DNA of 64,000 nt from Octopus vulgaris (lineage: Eukaryota): positions 195,176,001 to 195,240,000 of the forward strand of contig OX597814.1 of assembly GCA_951406725.2 (NCBI GenBank), written 5' to 3'. The notes under the pieces were generated by a model. That model saw only the letters and a program-made list of their open reading frames with translations. It was not told where the DNA came from and ran no database searches. How positions within the stretch are numbered: the first letter of the stretch is position 1; each line of letters begins with the position of its first letter. A program made the translations under genes and the position numbers. Positions 53,747 to 64,000 of the stretch are shown here, piece by piece.

Positions 53747-54448
53747 GTATCAGCTACTATACTTTTCATGCAAATTTTTTTGTTTTGATTTTCTTTTTCA
53801 TTGTGGGGCGGAATATTGCTTTGTTGATAAATTACCTTGTTTTTGTTTCCTATAGAAAATTGTTTCTTCACGCTGAGAATTAAGCGTATCTCTAGCAATG
53901 TTAGGTATTCCAATGCAGTAATTGACTGTTCACATACAAACTAACAACTGAAAAGGAAAATTTATTCCATACTGGGATTCCACCTTGTCTATAATTCATA
54001 GCTGTTGAAATCCACTCAGTGAGTGTCCCCGAACCTTCTGCGTTTGTGTCAAAATTTGAAGCCAATATTTTACTTGGTGAACTGGGAAAATCGTTCGCAT
54101 CCCGTGCAAAATTTTTGTATTACATTTTTTATATATAATTTTATAATTCAAAGTTTCCAGGAAGAGATGGCAAGTTTCTTGTAACAAGATCGTAGCAAAT
54201 GCATGCGAAAATATTCTATACGTGATTCATACTTGAGCACTGACTTGTCCAGAACACGATATTCACTGAGTTTTTCACGAAGATTTTCAGGATGTATTTA
54301 CAGTGTGAGCAGTAGAAAAGCTTCGCTGAAAAAATATTTTGTGTTTTGTCCGCGAAATCGATTTGTTCACTCTAGGAAATAATCGTATTCTACGGCCAGT
54401 AATCTAGATAGAGATAATTGGGAAGCAGTTCCAGCAGCTGATCTCTCG

Positions 54449-54520
54449 GCCGTGATCGTCTAGTGGTTAGGACCCCACGTTGTGGCCGTGGTAACCCAGG
54501 TTCGAATCCTGGTCACGGCA
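54449..54520 (+). tRNA. trnH-GUG: tRNA-His(GTG), consensus, G-1
   Basis: Exact consensus. Confidence 0.97.
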
Positions 54521-54849
54521 GTATCAGCTAGTTTACTTTTTCATACATATTTTTCTCTTTGTATTGATTTTCTTAATAGAGTACGATGTGATATGGCAGC
54601 GACATCTGTTTAATCTATATGTATTACTTTTTTTTAATATATAATTTTAGATTTGGAAGTTTCACTAGTCTCGAGCATCACTCTGCTTTTGCATTGTGGG
54701 ACGGAATATTTCTTTGTTGATAAATTACCTTGTTTTCGTTTCCTGTAGAAAATTGTTTCTTCACACTGGGAATTAAACGTATCTGTAACAATGTTAGGTA
54801 TTCCAATGCAGTAATTGACTCTTCACGCCCTGTAAACTAACTAACGGCT

Positions 54850-56070
54850 TATAAAAATAGGATCACATGCGGTCGTATCGTGTAAGAGACACGGTAGCAC
54901 GTGGCCATATTCTTAATGAGATATTACAGACCATATAATACATACAGCGGTAATAGAACACAAGTGGAATGACAACAAGATTTCTTTTTGAATTATATAC
55001 ATTATTTATTTTACATACTTTACAATCATGCTGATGTTGGGAGTTTGTAAGTGTTAGCATGTTTTTGTGTCCGTGTGTTCGAGAGGCATAAAAAGTACTG
55101 ACCAGAGAAATAACAATGGAATTTGGTTCACAGTTCATGTTGTTGGTATCAGCCTAGCAACAGGTAGTAGCAGATGGCTTAAGGTAGTTCTTAGAAGAAC
55201 TAGAACTCAAGACAGATAATTGATTTACCGTTTATGAGGTACACGGAGTGTAAGAGTTCCATATCAAGATGTTGCGTCTCGTAGTTGAGATTAATTGAAT
55301 CACTTGTTGCGTTTATCTTTCTCTTGATATGAATATACTTCCAGATGTGTTAACTGTAGCCGTTTTTCCCGTGGTGAGATTTTCACCTAACCGCTATAGT
55401 TGAATCTGTAGTTGTCTTGTGTACAAATTAAACCTTAGTAGATAGAGACGATGTTTGGCGATGAGTTGTGTCTGTCGCTTGGTTTTTGCTGCGTCTTCAT
55501 TATATATTCTGCTTGGTTATTTTTCTCTAGTTATAGATATCCTGTAACCGTTCTTTTCGTGGTGATATTTTCACACTAACAGTATGAGAGGAATCTGTAA
55601 CATCTTGTATACAAGCTAAATCTTCGTGGATAGTTATGCTTGGTGATTGCCTGCCTTTCGAACCGGAACATAGTTGGTATGCTCTGTGTGGTCAGAGGTC
55701 CGCTCTGAAAAGGACTGTAACCTAAGACGAGCTCTGTGGTCAGAGGTTAGTCCTGAGAAGGACTAGAACCAAAGACGGATATTTGTCTGAGAACACTTCT
55801 TTATATAAGGTTTATGTGGCTCAAAACGAACTTCAGAAATGGAAAGCTGTGATTGGCTGCTTGGAACAAATGGCGCGAAAATAAGCGGAGGCAAATCGCG
55901 TCACGTGACAACCAGCGGTGCGAACGTAGTAGAGACCACGTGTCAGCCAATCGGATTAGTGTTTACAACAATGTTAAACTAGCCGAAGATGTTTGTAATC
56001 TCGAACGAGATTATTCTTAATACTCTTCTCAAACAGTGAAGATAGCAATGAGGGAAACGATATTGTTACA
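54850..56070 (-). repeat. 3' LTR (1221 bp)
   Basis: Minus strand begins TGTAACAATATCG and ends ...TTTTATA. Confidence 0.8.
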
Positions 56071-56240
56071 TATAGCCTCTTGCCAGACGTTTTGTCGTAG
56101 ACAAAACGACGATAAAATTGATATTATATATTTTTTTTTGTTTTTCTTAAAAAGTTCCTTCTTCAGCGTTCTCTTGTGTCAATTCCGTAACTTATGTTTA
56201 CCGTTGGCCGCGCAATATATCAGAATGGCTGCGTATTAAA

Positions 56241-56250
56241 GGGGTCACCA
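56241..56250 (-). promoter_or_regulatory. Primer binding site, tRNA-Trp-like
   Basis: TGGTGACCCC one base after the 5' LTR; complementary to the ...GGGGUCACCA 3' end of metazoan tRNA-Trp. Confidence 0.7.
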
Positions 56251-56251
56251 G

Positions 56252-57030
56252 TATAAGAATAGAATCACATGCGGTCGTATCGTGTAAGAGACACGGTCGC
56301 ACGTGGCCATATTCTTAATGAAATATTACAGACCATATAATACATACAGCGGCAATAGAACACAAGCGGAATGACAACAAGATTTCTTTTTGAGATATAT
56401 ACATTATTTATTTTACATATTTTACAATCATGCTGATGTTGGGAGTTTGTGAGTGTTAGCATATTTTTGTGTCTGTGTGTTCGTGAGGCATAAAAGGTAC
56501 TGAACATAGAATTAACAATGGCATTTAGTTTACTGTTCATTGGGCAAGGTGCTGGAATCTACTCGAGAGGCTTTCAGTGGTTGTATAGATTAGCGTAGCA
56601 ACAGGTAGTAGCAGAGACAATCGCATATCTCTAAGTTGAGCAGCAGGTGGCCTAAGTTAGTTCTTAGAAGAACTGGAACTCAAGACATAAGTGTCTGTGA
56701 ACCCTGCTTTATATACTGTTTGGTTGGCTCACCGAACTCCAGAAAATGGAATTTTAACCGAAAGTCTTGATTGGCTGATTCGCAATTATGGCGCGAAATA
56801 AGTCGAGACAATTCGCGTCACGTGTCAACCAGTGGCGCGGACTACGTAGGGACCCTCGTGTCACATGTCAACCAGTGGTGCGAACGTAGTAGAGACCACG
56901 TGTCAGCCAATCGGATTAGAGTTTACAACAATGTTAAACTAGCCGAAGATGTTTGTAATCTCGAACGAGATTATTCTTAATACTCTTCTCAAACAGTGAA
57001 GATAGCAATGAGGGAAACGATATTGCTACA
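56252..57030 (-). repeat. 5' LTR (779 bp)
   Basis: Minus strand begins TGTAGCAATATCG and ends ...TTCTTATA. Confidence 0.8.
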
Positions 57031-58344
57031 GGCTGAAAAGGAAAATGCATCCCATACTGGGATTCCGCCTCGTCTATAATTCATAGCTGTTGAAATCCAC
57101 TCAGTGAGGGATCTCTTATCAGTTCTGTGAAAGCAACGTTCTGTGATACCATTACAAAAGTTCGAATTCTTCCACCCAAGGGGATATTCTGAAACCAGAC
57201 TGAATCATCGTTACCACACTTATCCAAAAAAGTGGAACCAGTGCTTAATATTTTTCTAGGGGAACAAGTTCCGACGAGGTCGACTTTGCCTTTTATGTTT
57301 TTGTGGTGGAAAAAAATAACTATCAGTCGATCACTGGAGTCGACGTAATCGAGTTGGTCCCTTCACCGATCCTTCTGCGTTTGTGTCAAAATTTGAAACC
57401 AATACATTTCTTGGTGAACTGGCAAAATCGTTAGCATGCCGGGAAAAATTTTTGTATTACATTTATAAATAATTTTACATTTCAAAGGTTTCTTGATGTT
57501 TGTCTTTGCGATCTGGCAGAATGGTTAGCACGCCGAGCAAAAGATATTTAGCGTTATTTCGTCAGTCTTTCACGCACGGAGTTCAAATTCCGCTATTTTC
57601 GGGGTAGATAAAATATGTAGCAGTTGAACAGTGGGGTCAATGTAAACGACATACTTCCTTCCCCGTGGGGTACTCCATCCCAGAAAAAAATTCAGGCCTT
57701 GTGGCAGCGATATCTGTTTAAGTTATTTGTATTACTTTTATATATAATTTTAAATTTCAACGTTCTTCTACTCGCGAGCATCACTCTGCTTTTGCGTGCG
57801 CCTGGTATTAGAATTAGAGGGACGTCATCCCAAAGGAACAATCATGTTTTGGTGTCTATAAACGTTACTTTGATTTTCTTGTTTCCAGGAAGCTGCGTTT
57901 TGACGCCCGGAAGTAATTTTATTCCAACCGGTGCTTAATATCAATCTTGGGAGCTAGAAGAATCGTTAGTCGGCATCATTTCGTCTGTCTTGCCATTTTG
58001 AGTTCAAATTTGGCCGAGCATTATTTTACTTTTCATCCTTTTGGGGTCAATAAAATAATTACCAGTTGCGCAATGGCATTGATATAATCGACGTACTCAA
58101 TCTCAGAAAAAATTTCAGGCCTTGTGCCTAACATAGAAGGGATTATCCTATTAAATATTACAAATCCACGAAAACCCTCCCAAGGACAATCAGAAATAAA
58201 CCCATAGATTAATATGGATTAACATATTACTTTGATTTATTTTTGTCCAGGAAACTGCTTTTTCAACGCTCGGAAGCAATATTATGCTATCACCAATATT
58301 CTTGATATGCATAACTTAAAATATGTGCTGCCGGTGGTCTGGTT

Positions 58345-58411
58345 ACCGTGATCTTCTTGTGGTTAGAGCGCTGCGTTCTGGCTGTGACAACCCAGGTTCG
58401 AACTCACAGCA
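58345..58411 (+). pseudogene. tRNA-His-derived pseudogene (loop reads CTG)
   Basis: accgtgatcttcttgtggttagagcgctgcgttctggctgtgacaacccaggttcgaactcacagca; 3' T-stem strand deleted. Confidence 0.8.
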
Positions 58412-59138
58412 GGAAGGTTAATTATTGTTCTTCGTATATTTTTGTTTCGTATTTTATAGATGTTCTTGATATACTGCAATGCGATATCGCATCTATATCT
58501 CTTTATGTTGTCTGTACCACTTTTATATATAATCTTATATTTCAAATTTTTCTGAGTGTTTGTCCATGCGAACTGGCAGAATTGGTCGCAATCCCAGCAA
58601 AATACTTAGCGGCATTTCGTAGGCCTTTCCCGTACTGCGTTCAAATTCTGCCGAGGTCGACTTTCTTTTTTTCTTACTTTGGGTGAGGATAAAATAAGTA
58701 CCAGTTAAGCAGTTGGGATCAATGCAATCGACTTACGTCTTTCCCTGAAATTGCTGGCATTGTGCCAACATTTGAACACAATATTTATATCTACATTATG
58801 TTTCCATCAATTACAACGCCATTCACTTTTCATAGTTTCCCAAAATTTATCAGAGATGGCAAGTTTCTTGTAACAAGATCGTACCCAATGCATGCGAAAA
58901 TATTCTCTATGTGATTCATACTTGAGCTCTGATTTGTCCACAACACGATATTCACTGAGTTTTTCACGAACATTTTCAAGGTGTTTTTACAGTGTGAGCA
59001 AGAGAACAGCTTCGTCGAAAAAATTATTTTGTGTTTTGTCAGAGAAATTGATTTAATCACTCTGGGAAATAATCGTATTATACCGCCAGTAATCTAGATA
59101 GAGATAATTGGAAAGCCGAGTGTGCAGCTGGTCTTTCG

Positions 59139-59210
59139 GCCGTGATCGTCTAGTGGTTAGGACCCCACGTTGTGGCCGTGGTAACCCAGGTTCGAATCCT
59201 GATCACGGCA
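59139..59210 (+). tRNA. trnH-GUG: tRNA-His(GTG) variant, G-1
   Basis: T stem CCTGA mismatch. Confidence 0.85.
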
Positions 59211-60142
59211 GTATCAGCTACTATACTTTTCATGCAAATGTTTTTGTTTTGATTTTCTTTTGCATTGTGGGACGGAATATTTCTTTGTTGATAAATTACC
59301 TTGTTTTTGTTTCCTATAGAAAATTGTTTCTTCACGCTGAGAATTAAGCGTATCTCTAGCAATGTTAGGTATTCTGATGCAGTAATTGACTGTTCACAAA
59401 CAAACTAACGACTGAAGAGGAAAATGCATCCATACTGGGATTCCACTTCGTCTATAATTCATAGCTGTTGAAATCCACTCAGTGAGGGATCTCTTATCAG
59501 TTCTGTGTCACCATTACAAAAGTTCGAATTCATCCACTGAAGAGGACTTTCGAAAAACAGACTGAATCATCGTTACCACTCTTGTCCAAAAAAGTGCAAC
59601 CGGTGCTGAATATTTTTCTAGGGTAACAAGTTCCGCCGAGGTCGACTTTGCCTTTTATGTTTTTGTGGTGGAAAAAATAAGTATCAGTCGATCACTGGAG
59701 TCGATGTGATAGAGTTAGAACCTTACCCGAACCTTCTGCGTTTGTGTCAAAATTTGAAGCCAATATTTTTTTGGGTGAACTGGAAAAATCGTTAGCATCC
59801 CGTGCAAAATTTTTGTATTACATTTATATATAATTTTATTTTTCAAAGTTTCCAGGAAGAGATGGCAAGTTTCTTGTAACAAGATCGTAGCAAATGCATG
59901 CGAAAATATTCTATACGTGATTCATACTTAAGCACTGACTTTTCCAGAACACGATATTCACTGAGTTTTTCCACGAAGATTTTGAGGATGCTTTTACAGT
60001 GTGAGCAGGAGAACAGCTTCGTTGAAAAAATTATGTGTTTTGACCGCGAAATTGATTTGTTCACCCTGGGAAATAATCGTACCCTACCGCCAGTATTCTA
60101 GATAGAGATAATTAGAAACCTAATCGAGCAGCTGGTCTCTCG

Positions 60143-60214
60143 GCCGTGATCGTCTAGTGGTTAGGACCCCACGTTGTGGCCGTGGTAACCCAGGTTCGAA
60201 TCCTGGTCACGGCA
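60143..60214 (+). tRNA. trnH-GUG: tRNA-His(GTG), consensus, G-1
   Basis: Exact consensus. Confidence 0.97.
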
Positions 60215-61854
60215 GTATCAGCTAGTTTCCTTTTTTTTCATACATATTTTTCTCTTTGTATTGATTTTCTTGATAGAGTACGATGTGATATAACAGCGAC
60301 ATCTGTTTAATCTATTTGTATTACTTTTTATATATAATTTTAGATTTGGAAGTTTCACTAGTCTCAAGCATGGCCCTGCTTTTGTTTTGTGGGACGGAAT
60401 ATTTCTTTGTTGATAAATTACCTTGTTTTCGTTTCCTGTAGAAAATTGTTTCTCTACACACTGGGAAGTAATCGTATCTCTAACAATGTTAGGTATTCCA
60501 ATGCAGTAATTGACTGTTCACGCCCTTTAAACAAACTAACGGCTGAAAAAGAAAATGCATCCCATACTGGGATTCCACCTCGTCTATAATTCATAGCTGT
60601 TGAAATCCACTCAGTGAGGGATCTCTTATCAGTTCTACGAAAGCAACGTTCTGTGGTACCATTACAAACGTTCGAATTTTGATTCATCCATTCTAAAGGA
60701 CTTTCTGAAATCAGTCTGAATAATCGTTACCACACTTGTCCAAAAAAGTGCAACCGGTGCTTAATATTTTTCCAGGTGAACAAGTTCCGCCGAGGTCGAC
60801 TTTGCCTTTTATGTTTTTGTGGTGGTAAAAAATAAGTATCAGTCGATCAGTGGAGTCGATGTAATCGAGTTGGACCCTTCCCCGAACCCTCTGCGTTTGT
60901 GTCAAAATTTGAAACCGATATTTTTCTTGAACTGGCAAAACCGTTAGCACCCCGGGTAAAATTTTTGTATTACATTTATATATAATTTTATATTTCAAAG
61001 TTTTCTTCATGATTGTCTTTGCGATCTGACAAAATGGTTAGCACCGCGAGCAGAATGTTTAGCGTCATCTCGTCAGTCTTTCATGCACGGAGTTCAAATT
61101 TCGCTATTTTCGGGGTAGATAAAATAAGTATCAGTTGAACAGTGGGGTCAATGTAAACGACATACTTCCTTCCCCGTGGGGTACTCCATCCCAGAAAAAA
61201 TTCAAGCCTTGTGGCAGCGATTTCTGTTGAAGTTATTTGTATTACTTTTATATATAATTTTAGATTTCAACGTTCTTCTGCTCGCGGTCGTCACTTTGCT
61301 TTTGCGTGCGCCTGGTATTAGAATTAGAGGGACGTCATCCCAAAGGAACAGTCATGTTTTGGTGTCTATAAACGTTACTTTGATTTTCTTGTTTCCAGGA
61401 AGCTGCGTTTTGACGCCTGGAAGTAATTTTATTCCAACCGGTGCTTAATATCAATCTTGGGAGCTAGAAGAATCGTTAGTCGGCAGCATTTCGTCTGTCT
61501 TGCCATTTTGAGTTCAAATTTGGCCGAGCATTATTTTACTTTTCATCCTTTTGGGGTCAATAAAATAATTACCAGTTGCGCAATGGCATTGATATAATCG
61601 ACGTACTCAATCTCAGAAAAAATTTCAGGCCTTGTGCCTAACATAGAAAGGATTATCCTATTAAATATTACAAATCCACGAAAACCCTCCCAAGGACAAT
61701 CAGAAATAAACCCATAGATTAATATGGATTAACATATTACTTTGATTTATTTTTGTCCAGGAAACTGCTTTTTCAACGCTCGGAAGCAATATTATGCTAT
61801 CACCAATATTCTTGATATGCATAACTTAAAATATGTGCTGCCGGTGGTCTGGTT

Positions 61855-61921
61855 ACCGTGATCGTCTTGTGGTTAGAGCGCTGCGTTCTGGCTGTGACAA
61901 CCCAGGTTCGAACTCAGAGCA
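61855..61921 (+). pseudogene. tRNA-His-derived pseudogene (loop reads CTG)
   Basis: Duplicate of 58345-58411. Confidence 0.8.
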
Positions 61922-62646
61922 GGAAGGTTAATTATTGTTCTTCGTATATTTTTGTTTTGTATTTTATAGATGTTCTTGATATACTGCAATGCGATATCGC
62001 ATCTATATCTCTTTATGTTGTCTGTACCACTTTTATATATTATCTTATATTTCAAATTTTTCTGAGTGTTTGTCCATGCGAACTGGCAGAATTGGTCGCA
62101 ATCCCAGCAAAATACTTAGCGGCATTTCGTAGGCCTTTCCCGTACTGCGTTCAAATTCTGCCGAGGTCGACTTTTTTTTTCTTACTTTGGGTGAGGATAA
62201 AATAAGTACCAGTTAAGCAGTTGGGATCAATGCAATCGACTTACGTCTTTCCCTGAAATTGCTGGCATTGTGCCAACATTTGAACACAATATTTATATCT
62301 ACATTATGTTTCCATCAATTACAACGCCATTCACTTTTCATAGTTTCCCAAAATTTATCAGAGATGGCAAGTTTCTTGTAACAAGATCGTAGCAAATGCA
62401 TGCGAAAATATTCTCTACGTGATTCATACTTGAGCTCTGATTTGTCCACAACACGATATTCACTGAGTTTTTCACGAACATTTTCAAGGTGTTTTTACAG
62501 TGTGAGCAAGAGAACAGCTTCGTCGAAAAAATTATTTTGTGTTTTGTCAGAGAAATTGATTTAATCACTCTGGGAAATAATCGTATTATACCGCCAGTAA
62601 TCTAGATAGAGAAAATTGGAAAGCCGAGTCTGCAGCTGGTCTTTCG

Positions 62647-62718
62647 GCCGTGATCGTCTAGTGGTTAGGACCCCACGTTGTGGCCGTGGTAACCCAGGTT
62701 CGAATCCTGATCACGGCA
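62647..62718 (+). tRNA. trnH-GUG: tRNA-His(GTG) variant, G-1
   Basis: T stem CCTGA mismatch, as at 59139. Confidence 0.85.
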
Positions 62719-63650
62719 GTATCAGCTACTATACTTTTCATGCAAATGTTTTTATTTTGATTTTCTTTTGCATTGTGGGACGGAATATTTCTTTGTTGAT
62801 AAATTACCTTGTTTTTGTTTCCTATAGAAAATTGTTTCTTCACGCTGAGAATTAAGGGTATCTCTAGCAATGTTAGGTATTCTGATGCAGTAATTGACTG
62901 TTCACAAACAAACTAACGACTGAAGAGGAAAATGCATCCATACTGGGATTCCACTTCGTCTATAATTCATAGCTGTTGAAATCCACTCAGTGAGGGATCT
63001 CTTATCAGTTCTGTGTCACCATTACAAAAGTTCGAATTCATCCACTGAAGAGGACTTTCGAAAAACAGACTGAATCATCGTTACCACTCTTGTCCAAAAA
63101 AGTGCAACCGGTGCTGAATATTTTTCTAGGGTAACAAGTTCCGCCGAGGTCGACTTTGCCTTTTATGTTTTTGTGGTGGAAAAAATAAGTATCAGTCGAT
63201 CACTGGAGTCGATGTGATAGAGTTAGAACCTTACCCGAACCTTCTGCGTTTGTGTCAAAATTTGAAGCCAATATTTTTTTGGGTGAACTGGAAAAATCGT
63301 TAGCATCCCGTGCAAAATTTTTGTATTACATTTATATATAATTTTATTTTTCAAAGTTTCTAGGAAGAGATGGCAAGTTTCTTGTAACAAGATCGTAGCA
63401 AATGCATGCGAAAATATTCTATACGTGATTCATACTTAAGCACTGACTTTTCCAGAACACGATATTCACTGAGTTTTTCCACGAAGATTTTGAGGATGCT
63501 TTTACAGTGTGAGCAGGAGAACAGCTTCGTTGAAAAAATTATGTGTTTTGACTGCGAAATTGATTTGTTCACCCTGGGAAATAATCGTACCCTACCGCCA
63601 GTGTTCTAGATAGAGATAATTAGAAACCTGATCGAGCAGCTGGTCTCTCG

Positions 63651-63722
63651 GCCGTGATCGTCTAGTGGTTAGGACCCCACGTTGTGGCCGTGGTAACCCA
63701 GGTTCGAATCCTGGTCACGGCA
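63651..63722 (+). tRNA. trnH-GUG: tRNA-His(GTG), consensus, G-1
   Basis: Exact consensus. Confidence 0.97.
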
Positions 63723-64000
63723 GTATCAGCTAGTTTCCTTTTTTTTCATACATATTTTTCTCTTTGTATTGATTTTCTTGATAGAGTACGATGTGATATA
63801 ACAGCGACATCTGTTTAATCTATTTGTATTACTTTTTATATATAATTTTAGATTTGGAAGTTTCACTAGTCTCAAGCATGGCCCTGCTTTTGTTTTGTGG
63901 GACGGAATATTTCTTTGTTGATAAAGTACCTTGTTTTCGTTTCCTGTAGAAAATTGTTTCTCTACACACTGGGAAGTAATCGTATCTCTAACAATGTTAG

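Larger units (their letters stand above)
54850..57030 (-). mobile_element. Non-autonomous LTR retroelement (two LTRs, 181-bp internal region)
   Basis: TSD GGCT at 54846-54849 and 57031-57034. Empty site actaacGGCTgaaaa in sister units (e.g. 60535-60550). Direct repeats 54850-56070 and 56252-57030. Confidence 0.88.
28430..64000 (+). repeat. Head-to-tail tRNA-His tandem array (~2 kb monomer with deleted variants), runs off the window
   Basis: Gene starts 31079, 32827, 34851, 36701, 38701, 40727, 41908, 43657, 45691, 47703, 49619, 51642, 53675, 54449, 59139, 60143, 62647, 63651. Shared spacer blocks include embedded SINE-2 pieces. Confidence 0.95.
57031..64000 (+). repeat. Recent ~3.5 kb higher-order duplication (3 tRNA loci per unit)
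   Basis: Offsets 58345/61855 (3510), 59139/62647 (3508), 60143/63651 (3508); shared variants. Confidence 0.92.

Noticed and set aside
54863-55138. Duplicated 91-aa ORF (also 56265-56540)
   Set aside because: Lies inside the LTRs, has no recognisable domain, and its duplication is explained by the LTR pair.
58345-58411. Anticodon switch to CTG (Gln), also GTA at 30234, giving a mistranslating tRNA
   Set aside because: T stem partly deleted or B box broken and other stems mismatched; these copies cannot form a functional cloverleaf.
31079-63722. CRISPR-like or integron-like array of conserved repeats
   Set aside because: The repeats are 72-nt tRNA genes, the spacers are kb-long and homologous to each other, there is no cas or integrase, and the context is eukaryotic.

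Overview
AT-rich, microsatellite- and SINE-dense eukaryotic DNA. The repeat families look like those I recall from octopus/cephalopod genomes, which is an inference. No host protein-coding gene is supportable. The dominant feature is a large tRNA-His(GTG) cluster: 31 full-length or near full-length copies (13 identical to GCCGTGATCGTCTAGTGGTTAGGACCCCACGTTGTGGCCGTGGTAACCCAGGTTCGAATCCTGGTCACGGCA, the rest variants or pseudogenes) plus four 3'-end fragments. At 8-21 kb there is a lone copy, then divergent head-to-head pairs in a ~2.3 kb unit. One pair is an inverted templated insertion flanked by a 42-bp duplication. At 29-64 kb the copies form a head-to-tail array (~2 kb monomer) with higher-order duplications. 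R4/Dong-type RLE non-LTR retrotransposons of two families sit in (TAA)n tracts of the unit, while the paralogous (TTC)n tract is empty. A small non-coding LTR element with a 4-bp TSD and a tRNA-Trp-like PBS interrupts one array monomer. Also present: mariner and hAT remnants, MITEs, Helitron-like ends, several tRNA-derived SINE families and degenerate hammerhead-like motifs. Coordinates were counted by hand.
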